From: Promethearchaeota archaeon | GTDB taxonomy: Archaea > Asgardarchaeota > Lokiarchaeia > Sigyniarchaeales > SOKP01 | Direction: 5' to 3' | Assembly (NCBI GenBank): GCA_019058445.1 | Contig: JAHPZA010000006.1 | Span: 992,001 to 1,056,000 of the forward strand | DNA length: 64,000 nt | Part shown: piece after piece, positions 10,458 through 19,509 of the stretch | Layout of the letters: every line of letters starts with the position of its first letter | How positions within the stretch are numbered: the first letter of the stretch is position 1 | Translations under genes and position numbers: made by a program | Notes under the pieces: model-generated | What the model was told of the DNA's origin: nothing | Seen by the model: the letters and a program-made list of their open reading frames with translations, nothing else | Databases searched by the model: none

Positions 10458-10913
10458 GTGTTGAAAAAGAAAAGTATGATTCTCCAACCTCCTATAAAAG
10501 AAAACCCATTGGGACTTCTAGCTGTGTTTTCTTTCATGTTATTCCTTGTAAGCATTACTACAGGATTCATATTATGGTTAATGACTAAGAAAAAGTTTGC
10601 AAAATGGTATACAGATCATAATATTAAAAAAAAAACCATCCTAAAGCTACATTGTTATGCATCTTATATTGCAGTAATTCTCGGTATCTTACATGGAATT
10701 GTAGAATATCAAGAATGCGAAACTTTATGGAGTATTAAATGGATTGCGGTTTATATAATGGGTGTCCTATGTTTTACTGGGGCGTTATTTCCTAAATTAA
10801 GTGAAATTTTACCTAATATAAGCAGGAAAAGAAAGATGACCGTATTGAGAATAATTCATTTTAGTTTACAAATTATAGTATTGGTTATTATAATTGACTT
10901 TTTATGGTTATAA
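10458..10913 (+). CDS. 4-TM membrane protein with His residues in TM helices (cytochrome b/DUF4405-like)
   Basis: Four hydrophobic segments; LH...LHG and IIH histidines. Confidence 0.6.
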   Translation: MLKKKSMILQPPIKENPLGLLAVFSFMLFLVSITTGFILWLMTKKKFAKWYTDHNIKKKTILKLHCYASYIAVILGILHGIVEYQECETLWSIKWIAVYIMGVLCFTGALFPKLSEILPNISRKRKMTVLRIIHFSLQIIVLVIIIDFLWL

Positions 10914-10945
10914 TGAGATATAAAATGGTTATAATGGGATATAAA
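10904..10945 (+). repeat. 21-bp tandem repeat x2 (atggttataatgrgatataaa)
   Basis: Units 10904-10924 and 10925-10945 differ by one base; they share the GGTTATAAT core with the adk-end repeat. Confidence 0.8.
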
Positions 10946-10948
10946 ATC

Positions 10949-10990
10949 AAAAAAAGAGAAAAAAGAAGGTTATAATCCGATTATTTTTTT
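10949..10990 (-). repeat. 42-bp direct repeat (adk 3' end plus terminator copy)
   Basis: Identical to 13437-13478. Confidence 0.9.
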
Positions 10991-10996
10991 AAAGTG

Positions 10997-11635
10997 CTAG
11001 TTTGTTTTAAGCAATAACCATTGCCTCTTAAAAAAGAGAGCCAAAACTAATATTGATCCCGAAGCCGTAATCATCCATGGTGAAGCTATAAGGAGTAAAG
11101 CAATGGAGAAAGTAGGGTAGAAATACACCAGAGAAATTATGGGGGTCATTAATGCATGAGCTAAAAAAAATCTTCTAACCCACCTTTCCATTCCCTGCTT
11201 GGCAAACACAGGAATTGCAAATAAACTCGCTAAACCCATGAATATATACCCCAATGCGTCAACATCCCAGAAAAGTGAATGTGGTGTTTGATCTAGAACT
11301 TTAATCTCATCATAATTACCACTTAGAATCATAGGGATAACAGTTGCCATTTGAACAACATAGTTCAGAATAACATAAGTTGCATATATAGCGGAAAAAA
11401 GAACAGCTGCATGAGCCCAAATCATCTTATCTTCGGGTGCTGAATGATAAAGCGCAAGCATAGCAAGTATAAAAGGTACAGGAATTCCAAGTGAAAATCC
11501 ATAAATTAGAATCGCATCTAAAGGAAATTTAATAGAACCTAGAAGTTGCAGAATCTGTGCTATATCAAACCCCACACTTGCTATAAAAGCCATAAGTGCC
11601 GACCAATAACCAATCTTATAAATATTTTCATCCAT
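10997..11635 (-). CDS. multi-pass membrane protein, unknown function
   Basis: About 6 hydrophobic helices. Confidence 0.75.
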   Translation of the reverse strand: MDENIYKIGYWSALMAFIASVGFDIAQILQLLGSIKFPLDAILIYGFSLGIPVPFILAMLALYHSAPEDKMIWAHAAVLFSAIYATYVILNYVVQMATVIPMILSGNYDEIKVLDQTPHSLFWDVDALGYIFMGLASLFAIPVFAKQGMERWVRRFFLAHALMTPIISLVYFYPTFSIALLLIASPWMITASGSILVLALFFKRQWLLLKTN

Positions 11636-11876
11636 ATTTTATTTATTTTAGCTTGGTTTTTTTTATTGTATTTCATCCAATTTTTTTAAAAAATTCTTGG
11701 ACAAAATTTAATAGAGACATATTATATTTAAACCTTTTGTTTTTTATCTAATAAATAGCATTTCTTGTTGGATATTATCTAGTAAAAAAGATCTTTCATT
11801 AGAATATATATAGATAATCAGAGATTTATTAAATATTATACAAAAAATTTAAATCTTTAAAAAGTATTATTTAATT

Positions 11877-12326
11877 ATGGACGATTTAGATCATCAAATT
11901 CTTGAGAAATTACAGGAAAACGATAAATTATCATACAAAAAAATTGGTAAAGCTTTAAAAAAACCAGCAAGCACCATCCATTTTAGAGTTAAAAAGATGA
12001 TTGATGAAAAAATAATTATTAAATTTAGTGCAATCGTAGATATGGAAAAATTAGGTTATAATACAGTAGGATGGCTTGGATTGACAATAGATCCTTTGAT
12101 GAGAGATGAAATTATTAAAAAACTTGCCTCGTATAAATTAATAAAAATGATTTCTTCTACTACAGGAGATTATAATTTAATTCTACATATACTTGCTGAA
12201 AATGAGAAAAAATTATGGAGTTTTATTAGAGACAATATCCAAATAATCGAAGGGGTTCATGATGTTCATGTAAGTTCCTCTTTAAAAATATATAAATGGG
12301 AAACTGCTTATTTTTTAAAATTATAA
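11877..12326 (+). CDS. Lrp/AsnC family regulator
   Basis: MDDLDHQILEKLQEN HTH; TTGDYNL ligand-binding domain. Confidence 0.93.
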   Translation: MDDLDHQILEKLQENDKLSYKKIGKALKKPASTIHFRVKKMIDEKIIIKFSAIVDMEKLGYNTVGWLGLTIDPLMRDEIIKKLASYKLIKMISSTTGDYNLILHILAENEKKLWSFIRDNIQIIEGVHDVHVSSSLKIYKWETAYFLKL

Positions 12327-12332
12327 AAATTT

Positions 12333-13151
12333 CTAAAATAATTCATCAAGGCTGAATCCACTTTCTAATAATTTTCCAAGTCGGGAAATAAACCTCGTTG
12401 CAGGAGCACCATCAACAATATCGTGATTTAATAAAACAGTCATAGTCAAGTATTCCCGAATTTCAATCCGATCATTAATGACTCCTGGTTTTTTGTTAAT
12501 TCCTCCTATCCCAAACGCTAATGGATGAGCCGTAGTCGGAATAGGCCATCCAAATAGATTACCGAACATTCCAACAGCAGTCACAACGATAGTTCCCATA
12601 AGCTGTTTGACTTTAATGGGGTTTTTAAGTGTATGTTTTAATAGAAATCTTCTAATAAATTTTGGCAAAGATACATAAAGATTCATCTTTTTATCAAGAT
12701 TACCACTACCTAATACAGCAGCACGATTTACTTTTTCAGATTGAGCAGCTCTTATTTCATCATGAATCTCCTTAATACTTTTTCCATTTGTTTTTCTAAT
12801 CAAAAGAGGTAAGGGTACTTTAATTCCATTAACATCTCTTTCAACTATCGTTGAAATATCAACATCTTCAAATCTAATTATTCTTTTACTTCCCTTCATT
12901 ATAGAATGGACCTCTTTATGTTCACTTGCAGCTTGTCCTATACATTTCAAAAGCCATGCTGTAAAAGATATTTTAACACCAGTATCTTTTTCATATTTCC
13001 GAATAAATTCTCGACCTCTCGTAACATCAACTTCAATTAATCCTTTTACATAATGAACTTTATCTCCCTGTGCAAGAAAATCAAGAGTAGGAATTCTTGC
13101 TTTTGGAAACTTTATAACTTCATAAGATCCAACATTTAGTTCTTTTTTCAC
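12333..13151 (-). CDS. 2-oxoacid dehydrogenase E2 catalytic-domain-only protein
   Basis: NHDIVDGAPATRF (HxxxDG); no lipoyl domain. Confidence 0.88.
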   Translation of the reverse strand: MKKELNVGSYEVIKFPKARIPTLDFLAQGDKVHYVKGLIEVDVTRGREFIRKYEKDTGVKISFTAWLLKCIGQAASEHKEVHSIMKGSKRIIRFEDVDISTIVERDVNGIKVPLPLLIRKTNGKSIKEIHDEIRAAQSEKVNRAAVLGSGNLDKKMNLYVSLPKFIRRFLLKHTLKNPIKVKQLMGTIVVTAVGMFGNLFGWPIPTTAHPLAFGIGGINKKPGVINDRIEIREYLTMTVLLNHDIVDGAPATRFISRLGKLLESGFSLDELF

Positions 13152-13436
13152 TCTGTATTAACATCTCTTCTTTTTTAAGGAAAATATAATAATAGATTTC
13201 TAGAGCTTTAATTATTCTCTATAAAAGGAATAATACAATTTAGATCTATTTAAATTGGAAATAGTTAAAAAAAATTTAAATACATTATTAATAAATCTTA
13301 ATTTTATATTTGTAAAAGTTGGATTAAGGAATCTGGTTCCCTTTAACTCCATTATTTATTTGCAAATTCAGAGTATTCTCAAAGGTGTGTAAAGAAAAAA
13401 AAAATTTCGGTGCATTAATCATTTCTAAATATCTTA

Positions 13437-13532
13437 AAAAAAAGAGAAAAAAGAAGGTTATAATCCGATTATTTTTTTGATGTCGTCTTCGGTTAAGGCA
13501 AGCGTGTTTTCCGCATCGACCTTTTTCAGCAA
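13437..13532 (-). repeat. displaced adk 3' end (25 codons incl. stop) plus T-tract terminator
   Basis: 13458-13532 encodes LLKKVDAENTLALTEDDIKKIIGL*; 67/75 nt identical to adk 15585-15659. Confidence 0.95.
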
Positions 13533-13550
13533 TTTTTTCTTTTTAGAAAT

Positions 13551-14294
13551 TCATATCATCTTGGGAATTTTAAGCTTTTGTGTCAGTGTTTTAAGACCTT
13601 CTTCTTGCTGAACGCCAAAGGAATTAAGTGCCATAGCATACATATTGTAGAATCCCACAGTGAAGACCAGATCTATAAGCTGGTCTGTATTATACCGCTC
13701 AGCTAGAGAATTCCAAGTCTCATCTGTAATAAAGGTGTCTAAATAGAGTTCGTCCACCGCACGGAGCAATGTGGCATTAAAAGTATCCCACTCCTCGGCG
13801 TCTGGTCCTTCCATAATACGGTTGATTTCATTATCGGAGAGGTGCCCACCCGCCTTTGCACTAAGAGTATGATGCCCCCATTCATATTTCGAATAGCACA
13901 GCCATCCGATGCGAAGAATAAGAAGCTCTCTATCCCGGTCGGGGAGTGACGAAGAAAGTAAATGATGTTTGAGCGTCGCAAGTCGTACATATAAATCTCT
14001 ATTATTTGCCATTGTCGAATCATGATTGAAGATTGGAAAATACTTCGGAGCTTCGTCTATACTTCCTCCTAAAAACGGAATTAGTGGTTTATACGCTTCA
14101 ATGCCCCTTTGAACTGCTTTGTCAAATTCTGATTTATCCATCGCTGATTTTAGAACTTCCGTCGCCTTTACTCTTATTTTAATATATTCATCTTTTTCCA
14201 TGAGAGGGATTCTGGGCTTGGAAAGCCGTACATGTTTACGTGGCTCTATTTTTCTTATCACTTCTCCTTCTTGATTACTCATTACATATTTCAC
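13551..14294 (-). CDS. CMD/AhpD-like family protein
   Basis: LPDRDRELLILRIGWLCYSKYEWGHH; shares upstream and downstream DNA with 6823..7554. Confidence 0.85.
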   Translation of the reverse strand: MKYVMSNQEGEVIRKIEPRKHVRLSKPRIPLMEKDEYIKIRVKATEVLKSAMDKSEFDKAVQRGIEAYKPLIPFLGGSIDEAPKYFPIFNHDSTMANNRDLYVRLATLKHHLLSSSLPDRDRELLILRIGWLCYSKYEWGHHTLSAKAGGHLSDNEINRIMEGPDAEEWDTFNATLLRAVDELYLDTFITDETWNSLAERYNTDQLIDLVFTVGFYNMYAMALNSFGVQQEEGLKTLTQKLKIPKMI

Positions 14295-14460
14295 CCTTTA
14301 ATTTTGCTTTTTTATTATTTTAATTGTTGATTTTTCTAATTTATACAATATTGTGAAAAAATTTCGTTATACGAAATAGGTTTATTTTATTAATAAAATT
14401 TACATTTCTGTAAATTTGCTTATTCAAAATTATTCAAAAATTTTTCTTAAAATTGATGAA

Positions 14461-14505
14461 ATTTGCTCGAAATAAAAAAAAGAGAATAAAGAAGGTTATA
14501 ATCCG
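14461..14505 (-). repeat. copy of adk stop codon/terminator region
   Basis: tttgctcgaaataaaaaaaagagaataaagaaggttataatccg matches 15551-15590 and 13437-13466. Confidence 0.8.
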
Positions 14506-14542
14506 TCTAACCTGTTTTTTATGGAATAACTTTAAATCACAA

Positions 14543-15517
14543 TTAAGTTGTTAAATGATTAATCTTATCAATTGCATTTTTTTTAATTTTTTTTATAATG
14601 CAATTTTTTAAAGTAATAGTACCCGCTAATTTTTTAAAAGTTTTGAGGATCTGAATATCCGAATTTTCAATGATAACATCTTTAGATGCTCCGAATTTAA
14701 GAATATTTGTGCTAATACTCTTCATTTTTATATCTGAGCAAAATTTTAAATTGATATATTCCGAAAAACTACAATTTTCGAAGATTATGTGTTGAGAATC
14801 TATTAATTTAACATATTTTAATTTAAAATTTTTAAAAATTAGAAAATGTCTATTCTTAATAATTTTTCGTAGGTCAAACTCTTGGTTATTTTGATCAAAA
14901 TAATCAAAAATTGCCGGATCTGCTTTAGTTCCATTTCCCTTACATATTAATTCTGTTAATAAACCGAGACCTCCTACAGAAAATGTTTTATAATTCTCTA
15001 ATAGTGGTTTTTGGATGATTTTGCTATCGTATTCATACCGCCTATGGACTTGATTATTTTCAAATATATTTCCTCTACTTAAATGAAGTATATCCCAAAA
15101 GATGTTCCAAATTTCACAATTTTTGAAAACATTATTAAAGCATTTGTATAATTGAAACCACTCTTGGGATCTTGAATCTTCAAAAGAACAATTATGGCAA
15201 ACAATGAACAACACTGAATCACACCTAATTTTTTGAATTTTTATATAAGAACAATAACAAAGGTTTAAAATTTCAAATGTGGTATTTTCGATTGTAATAT
15301 TTTTTGAATATAATAAATTGACATACTTAAGGGTACAATCTTTTATTAGAATATATAAATCTGATTCCATAATATCAAAATCAGTAGGCAATCTCAAGAA
15401 CGAGTCAATAACTAAAGGATCTTCTTTTGATCCACTCCCCTTACAATTTATTTCGAATTCTTCAATTTTCGCAAAATTTCTCCATCTACTATAATTTCTT
15501 CTTAAAGTAAGTTTCAT
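14543..15517 (-). CDS. right-handed parallel beta-helix repeat protein
   Basis: Two GxGxKxDPxI caps followed by IxIxNCxF repeats. Start re-assigned to MKLTLRR (15517), because the longer ORF overlaps the adk terminator. Confidence 0.7.
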   Translation of the reverse strand: MKLTLRRNYSRWRNFAKIEEFEINCKGSGSKEDPLVIDSFLRLPTDFDIMESDLYILIKDCTLKYVNLLYSKNITIENTTFEILNLCYCSYIKIQKIRCDSVLFIVCHNCSFEDSRSQEWFQLYKCFNNVFKNCEIWNIFWDILHLSRGNIFENNQVHRRYEYDSKIIQKPLLENYKTFSVGGLGLLTELICKGNGTKADPAIFDYFDQNNQEFDLRKIIKNRHFLIFKNFKLKYVKLIDSQHIIFENCSFSEYINLKFCSDIKMKSISTNILKFGASKDVIIENSDIQILKTFKKLAGTITLKNCIIKKIKKNAIDKINHLTT

Positions 15518-15584
15518 CTTACATCCATAATATATTTCAATATAAACTTCTTTGCTCCAAATAGAAAAAAAAAGAAAAAAAAGG

Positions 15585-16253
15585 TTATATTCCAATTATT
15601 TTTTTGATGTCGTCTTCGGTTAGTGCAAGCGTGTTTTCCGCGTCGACTTTTTTCACTAATCCTTTTTTTTCATAGTATTCGATTACGGGTTTGGCATTTT
15701 TTTCATAGGTGTCTAACCGGTTTTTAAGGGTTTCTTCGGTGTCATCGCTTCTCTGAATAAACTCTATTTCAGCTCCACATTTATCGCACTTCCATTTGTT
15801 CTCCCCTATTTGGACTTTAGGCTGGAGTGTGTATTTGTTGTAAATCTCGCCGCACTCAGGGCAGCCGAACCTTCCGAGGATCCTTTTTGTGATTATATCT
15901 CTGCCAATTTCCAGCAAGAGCAATATATCTACTTCAGATATTGTTGATAATGCTTCACTTTGCGCTAAGGTTCTTGGAAAACCATCTAGCAAAAATCCAT
16001 GCTGCTTAACATCATCCTGATTTAACCTATCCCGCACCATATCAATCACTACATCATCCGGAACGAGTTCGCCTTTATCCATGTACCCTTTAGCTTTTAG
16101 ACCTAAAGGTGTTTGATTCTTTAAATTTTCGCGAAAAATATCGCCAGTGCTTATATGAGCAATGTTTGGTAATACTCGTTTGATTTGCCCCGAAAAGGTC
16201 CCTTTACCCGCGCCAGGGGGGCCAAATAATATTAATTTTTTCATATCTATCAT
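15585..16253 (-). CDS. adk: adenylate kinase, bacterial/eukaryotic type with Zn-binding LID
   Basis: GPPGAGKGT, HISTGDIFR, LLDGFPRT, CPECG...CDKCG, QRSDD. Confidence 0.96.
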   Translation of the reverse strand: MIDMKKLILFGPPGAGKGTFSGQIKRVLPNIAHISTGDIFRENLKNQTPLGLKAKGYMDKGELVPDDVVIDMVRDRLNQDDVKQHGFLLDGFPRTLAQSEALSTISEVDILLLLEIGRDIITKRILGRFGCPECGEIYNKYTLQPKVQIGENKWKCDKCGAEIEFIQRSDDTEETLKNRLDTYEKNAKPVIEYYEKKGLVKKVDAENTLALTEDDIKKIIGI

Positions 16254-16442
16254 TCAAATCTAATTTAAGTTATAAAATTAGTATCATTTAATTGTCAAAA
16301 AGATTTAAAATTTATAATCTTACATCCTACTATTCATCAATTTTTTTTTTAGAAAAATAAACCGTAAAATCGGAAAAATAAATTAAAATTTAGTTTGAGA
16401 AATGATTTAATCTATTATTTTTATTGAATAAACTTTCCGAAG

Positions 16443-17360
16443 TCACACCGAAAGCAATAAGGAGGGGGCATGTGGATAACGTAAGAGAAATTCGATAAAT
16501 TTCGATAAATTTTTGACATTTTGATAAACATTTTCATTTTTTATTTTAAAATACTCGAAAAAATCATCTATGCTATTTTTTTTATCGGATGGGGCTTCAG
16601 AAATGATTTTTTTTACCTCCTCAAAATCGAACGAATTTAGCAATTTAAAATTATAATTATTAGCATATTCAGATAACAGGAAAAGATAATAAACGCTTAC
16701 ATCCCAAGGATTTAAAAATAGAGAAGGTTTATTCCCATCTTCTGCATTTTCCCCTCTAGTTAAAAATGTATCTGTTGTTTGTGGGACCACCATATTGAAA
16801 GTAATATTGTCTTTTTTAAACTCCTTAGTGAGTGCTTTCATCAATCCAACTAACCCATACTCTGCTATAATATATGGTAGACGGAAAGGTCTGGTAATTG
16901 CCATGGTGGCTAAAAAATACATACTTCCTGTTAAGACGAATCTAGCTTTATCTTTTTTATCATCAATTTTTAAATAAGGATATGAAGCTCTAAAAGTATA
17001 ATAAACACCCATAATATGGACATCTAAAATTTTCCGGAATACATTAAGATCATAGGTTAATGAAGGCTGGGTATCATGCCATCCTGCATTTGCTACAACT
17101 CCATTTAAAGGCCCGAGGTCTTCATGAAAATTCTTAAAAATAGTTTTAACTTGTACAAGGTCAGTAATATCTCCCTCATGAACAGAAATCTTAACTCCAG
17201 TATTTATTTTTTCAATTTCATTCTTGACCTTATTTAAGTCACCTAAGGTACGTGAAGTTAATCCAATATTCGCACCTTCTTTAGCGCACAATAATGCAAT
17301 ATATTTACCGATTCCTCGGCCTGAACCTGTTATAGCGATATTTTTATTTTCTAATAACAT
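16443..17360 (-). CDS. SDR family oxidoreductase (atypical active site)
   Basis: TGSGRGIG and NAG motifs; YxxxK appears as YIIAE. Confidence 0.85.
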   Translation of the reverse strand: MLLENKNIAITGSGRGIGKYIALLCAKEGANIGLTSRTLGDLNKVKNEIEKINTGVKISVHEGDITDLVQVKTIFKNFHEDLGPLNGVVANAGWHDTQPSLTYDLNVFRKILDVHIMGVYYTFRASYPYLKIDDKKDKARFVLTGSMYFLATMAITRPFRLPYIIAEYGLVGLMKALTKEFKKDNITFNMVVPQTTDTFLTRGENAEDGNKPSLFLNPWDVSVYYLFLLSEYANNYNFKLLNSFDFEEVKKIISEAPSDKKNSIDDFFEYFKIKNENVYQNVKNLSKFIEFLLRYPHAPSLLLSV

Positions 17361-17582
17361 ATTATTTCCTTATTTTTTTCATTCTTTTGAATTTCTTAGA
17401 TAAATAATCTGTTTGATTATTTATAGATTTGCGAGTATAATAAAATTTAAAATTGAATTAAGCTCCAAAAACTGATCCCAAATTTATAATCTAATATCTA
17501 ATTATAATTCAACAACAAAAAATAAGGATTATTTATTGAGATTAACGGAGATTAAGATTTTTTTACCAAAAACAGGTATCTT

Positions 17583-18371
17583 ATGAAGGTAAATAAAAGA
17601 CAAGAAGTATATAAAACTCATCGCAAAAAGGAGCTTTATATCTATATTTTTGAATCTGAAAAGCGAAATGGAAATGAACTTTTATCCGCTATCGTGTTTT
17701 TTCATGGCGGCGGTTGGTTTAGCGGAAGCCCTATGCAGTTTTTCCCGCATTGCGAGTATTTCGCCAAACGAGGTATGATCGCTTTTTCGGCAGAATATCG
17801 TATAAGAAGTAAACATAGAACATCACCAATAGAAAGCGTAATCGACGGAAAATCAGTTATTTGCTGGATTCGGAATCATTCATTAGAGTTAGGAATTGAT
17901 TCGAATAAAATTATCGCAGCAGGAGGATCAGCAGGAGGACATGTAGCCTTATGTAGTGCAATAATTGAAGGATATGAGCCAGAGTCTATTGATTGCCCTA
18001 TGGGTTCAAAGCCAAATGCTCTAGTATTATTTAATCCCGTAGTCGATACGGTGTCAGATCCACGAATAGCGGGTTTAATTAAAGGAGATGCTATGGATAT
18101 ATCACCCATACATCATATCAAAAAAGATCTCCCACCAATTATCATATTTCATGGAACCAGTGATAAAATTATCCCCTTTAAGGATGTGGAACTCTTTAGT
18201 ACCAAAGTGAAGGAAATGGGGAATTTCTGCGAACTTGTAGCATTTGAGAGAAAAGGACATGCATTTTTTAATTATGGTGTGTACAAGAATAAACCTTATT
18301 ACGAGACAGTCCGAGCAACTGACAAATTTCTTAGTGTTTTAGGTTACTTAAAGAGTGAACCCGTAATATAG
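17583..18371 (+). CDS. alpha/beta hydrolase (HSL-type esterase/lipase)
   Basis: FFHGGGW, GGSAGGH, FHGTSD and GHAF motifs. Confidence 0.92.
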   Translation: MKVNKRQEVYKTHRKKELYIYIFESEKRNGNELLSAIVFFHGGGWFSGSPMQFFPHCEYFAKRGMIAFSAEYRIRSKHRTSPIESVIDGKSVICWIRNHSLELGIDSNKIIAAGGSAGGHVALCSAIIEGYEPESIDCPMGSKPNALVLFNPVVDTVSDPRIAGLIKGDAMDISPIHHIKKDLPPIIIFHGTSDKIIPFKDVELFSTKVKEMGNFCELVAFERKGHAFFNYGVYKNKPYYETVRATDKFLSVLGYLKSEPVI

Positions 18372-18450
18372 CATTCAATTGTAGGATTAAAAAATATAAC
18401 AACAATAAAGGAAAAAAAAGGAAGTTTAAGATTTTTTTATTATATTTTAA

Positions 18451-18780
18451 TTATTCGGGCATTTTCATACCAATCATTTCCAAGGCTTCTACTGCTTTAG
18501 CACGAACTTCAATGTTATAACTATATCCTCCACCTATATCATGGAACTTTGTCATATATTTTTGTATTATTTGCAGAAATTTACCTAAATTGCTTTCTTC
18601 TACATCATCCACACTTACAACTTCTATATAGTCTTTTCTTGCCTTTACTGCATTTGGAATGAGTTCTTTTCTCAATCCTCTTACTTGGGAATTGTATTCT
18701 TTAACGGTACTAACCCAAATTTTTGCAGATTCAGCAGCCTTATTATAAGGAAGATATGAAGTTACAAATACATATGGCAT
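18451..18780 (-). CDS. small hypothetical protein, paralog of 19019..19345
   Basis: MPYV...GMKMPE; GAGGTG RBS before ATG at 18780. Confidence 0.8.
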   Translation of the reverse strand: MPYVFVTSYLPYNKAAESAKIWVSTVKEYNSQVRGLRKELIPNAVKARKDYIEVVSVDDVEESNLGKFLQIIQKYMTKFHDIGGGYSYNIEVRAKAVEALEMIGMKMPE

Positions 18781-19018
18781 ACTTTTCACCTCTTCTTTAA
18801 TTTTGAATTTACTACAGATGGATTTCGTAGTGATAGACAATATGATAGTATGGTATTTATATTTTATATTTTCGTTAATTATTCACAAAAACAAATTTCT
18901 TATAACTTAAGACTATAAAGATGATAGATAAGAATAAAAGTAGTTTTTGGTTTAAGACATTATTAAAACTTAAAAAAAAGGAAATTTTAGTTTATGAAAT
19001 TACTCTATGATTTTTTAA

Positions 19019-19345
19019 TTATTCTGGCATTTTCAATCCCACTAAATTTAGGGCTTCTGTTACAGTAAATCGAACTTCCGATGTATGTTGAAATCCTTCA
19101 ATACCGTGATAATTCAGCATTAATTTTCCATGAAATAATAAAAATTCATCCAATTTACCCTCTTTTACCTCAAGAACACTTGTGGCTTCTATACCTTCCA
19201 TACTTACCTTTAAAGCATTAGGTACGACTTCCTTTGCTAAAGGTTTTAACTGGGTTCTATATTCTTTGTAAGATTCAAGATAGGCTTTCGCAACTTCGTC
19301 TGTTTTATTTAGTGGATATCTAACATAAGATAATACATATGGCAT
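19019..19345 (-). CDS. small hypothetical protein, paralog of 18451..18780
   Basis: MPYV...GLKMPE; same RBS and leader as the paralog. Confidence 0.8.
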   Translation of the reverse strand: MPYVLSYVRYPLNKTDEVAKAYLESYKEYRTQLKPLAKEVVPNALKVSMEGIEATSVLEVKEGKLDEFLLFHGKLMLNYHGIEGFQHTSEVRFTVTEALNLVGLKMPE

Positions 19346-19509
19346 ACTTTTCACCTCTTATTTAATTTTTAATTTACTACAAATGGATTTCGTAGTGAGA
19401 TACAATTCATTTTTTTATTATTTAAGGTTTTACATTTGTGTCAATGGTTTTCATACATTTCTAATACCTAAAAAGAATTAAAAGAAGAAGAATAAAAAAG
19501 CTGTAAAAT

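Noticed and set aside
15518-15595. N-terminal extension of the 350-aa ORF
   Set aside because: It translates the adk stop and T-tract terminator (LFFLFFS); ATG at 15517 is more plausible.
9691-15659. CRISPR array or IS element explaining the repeats
   Set aside because: Spacing is kilobases and irregular, the repeats derive from adk, and no cas, transposase or integrase ORF is visible.
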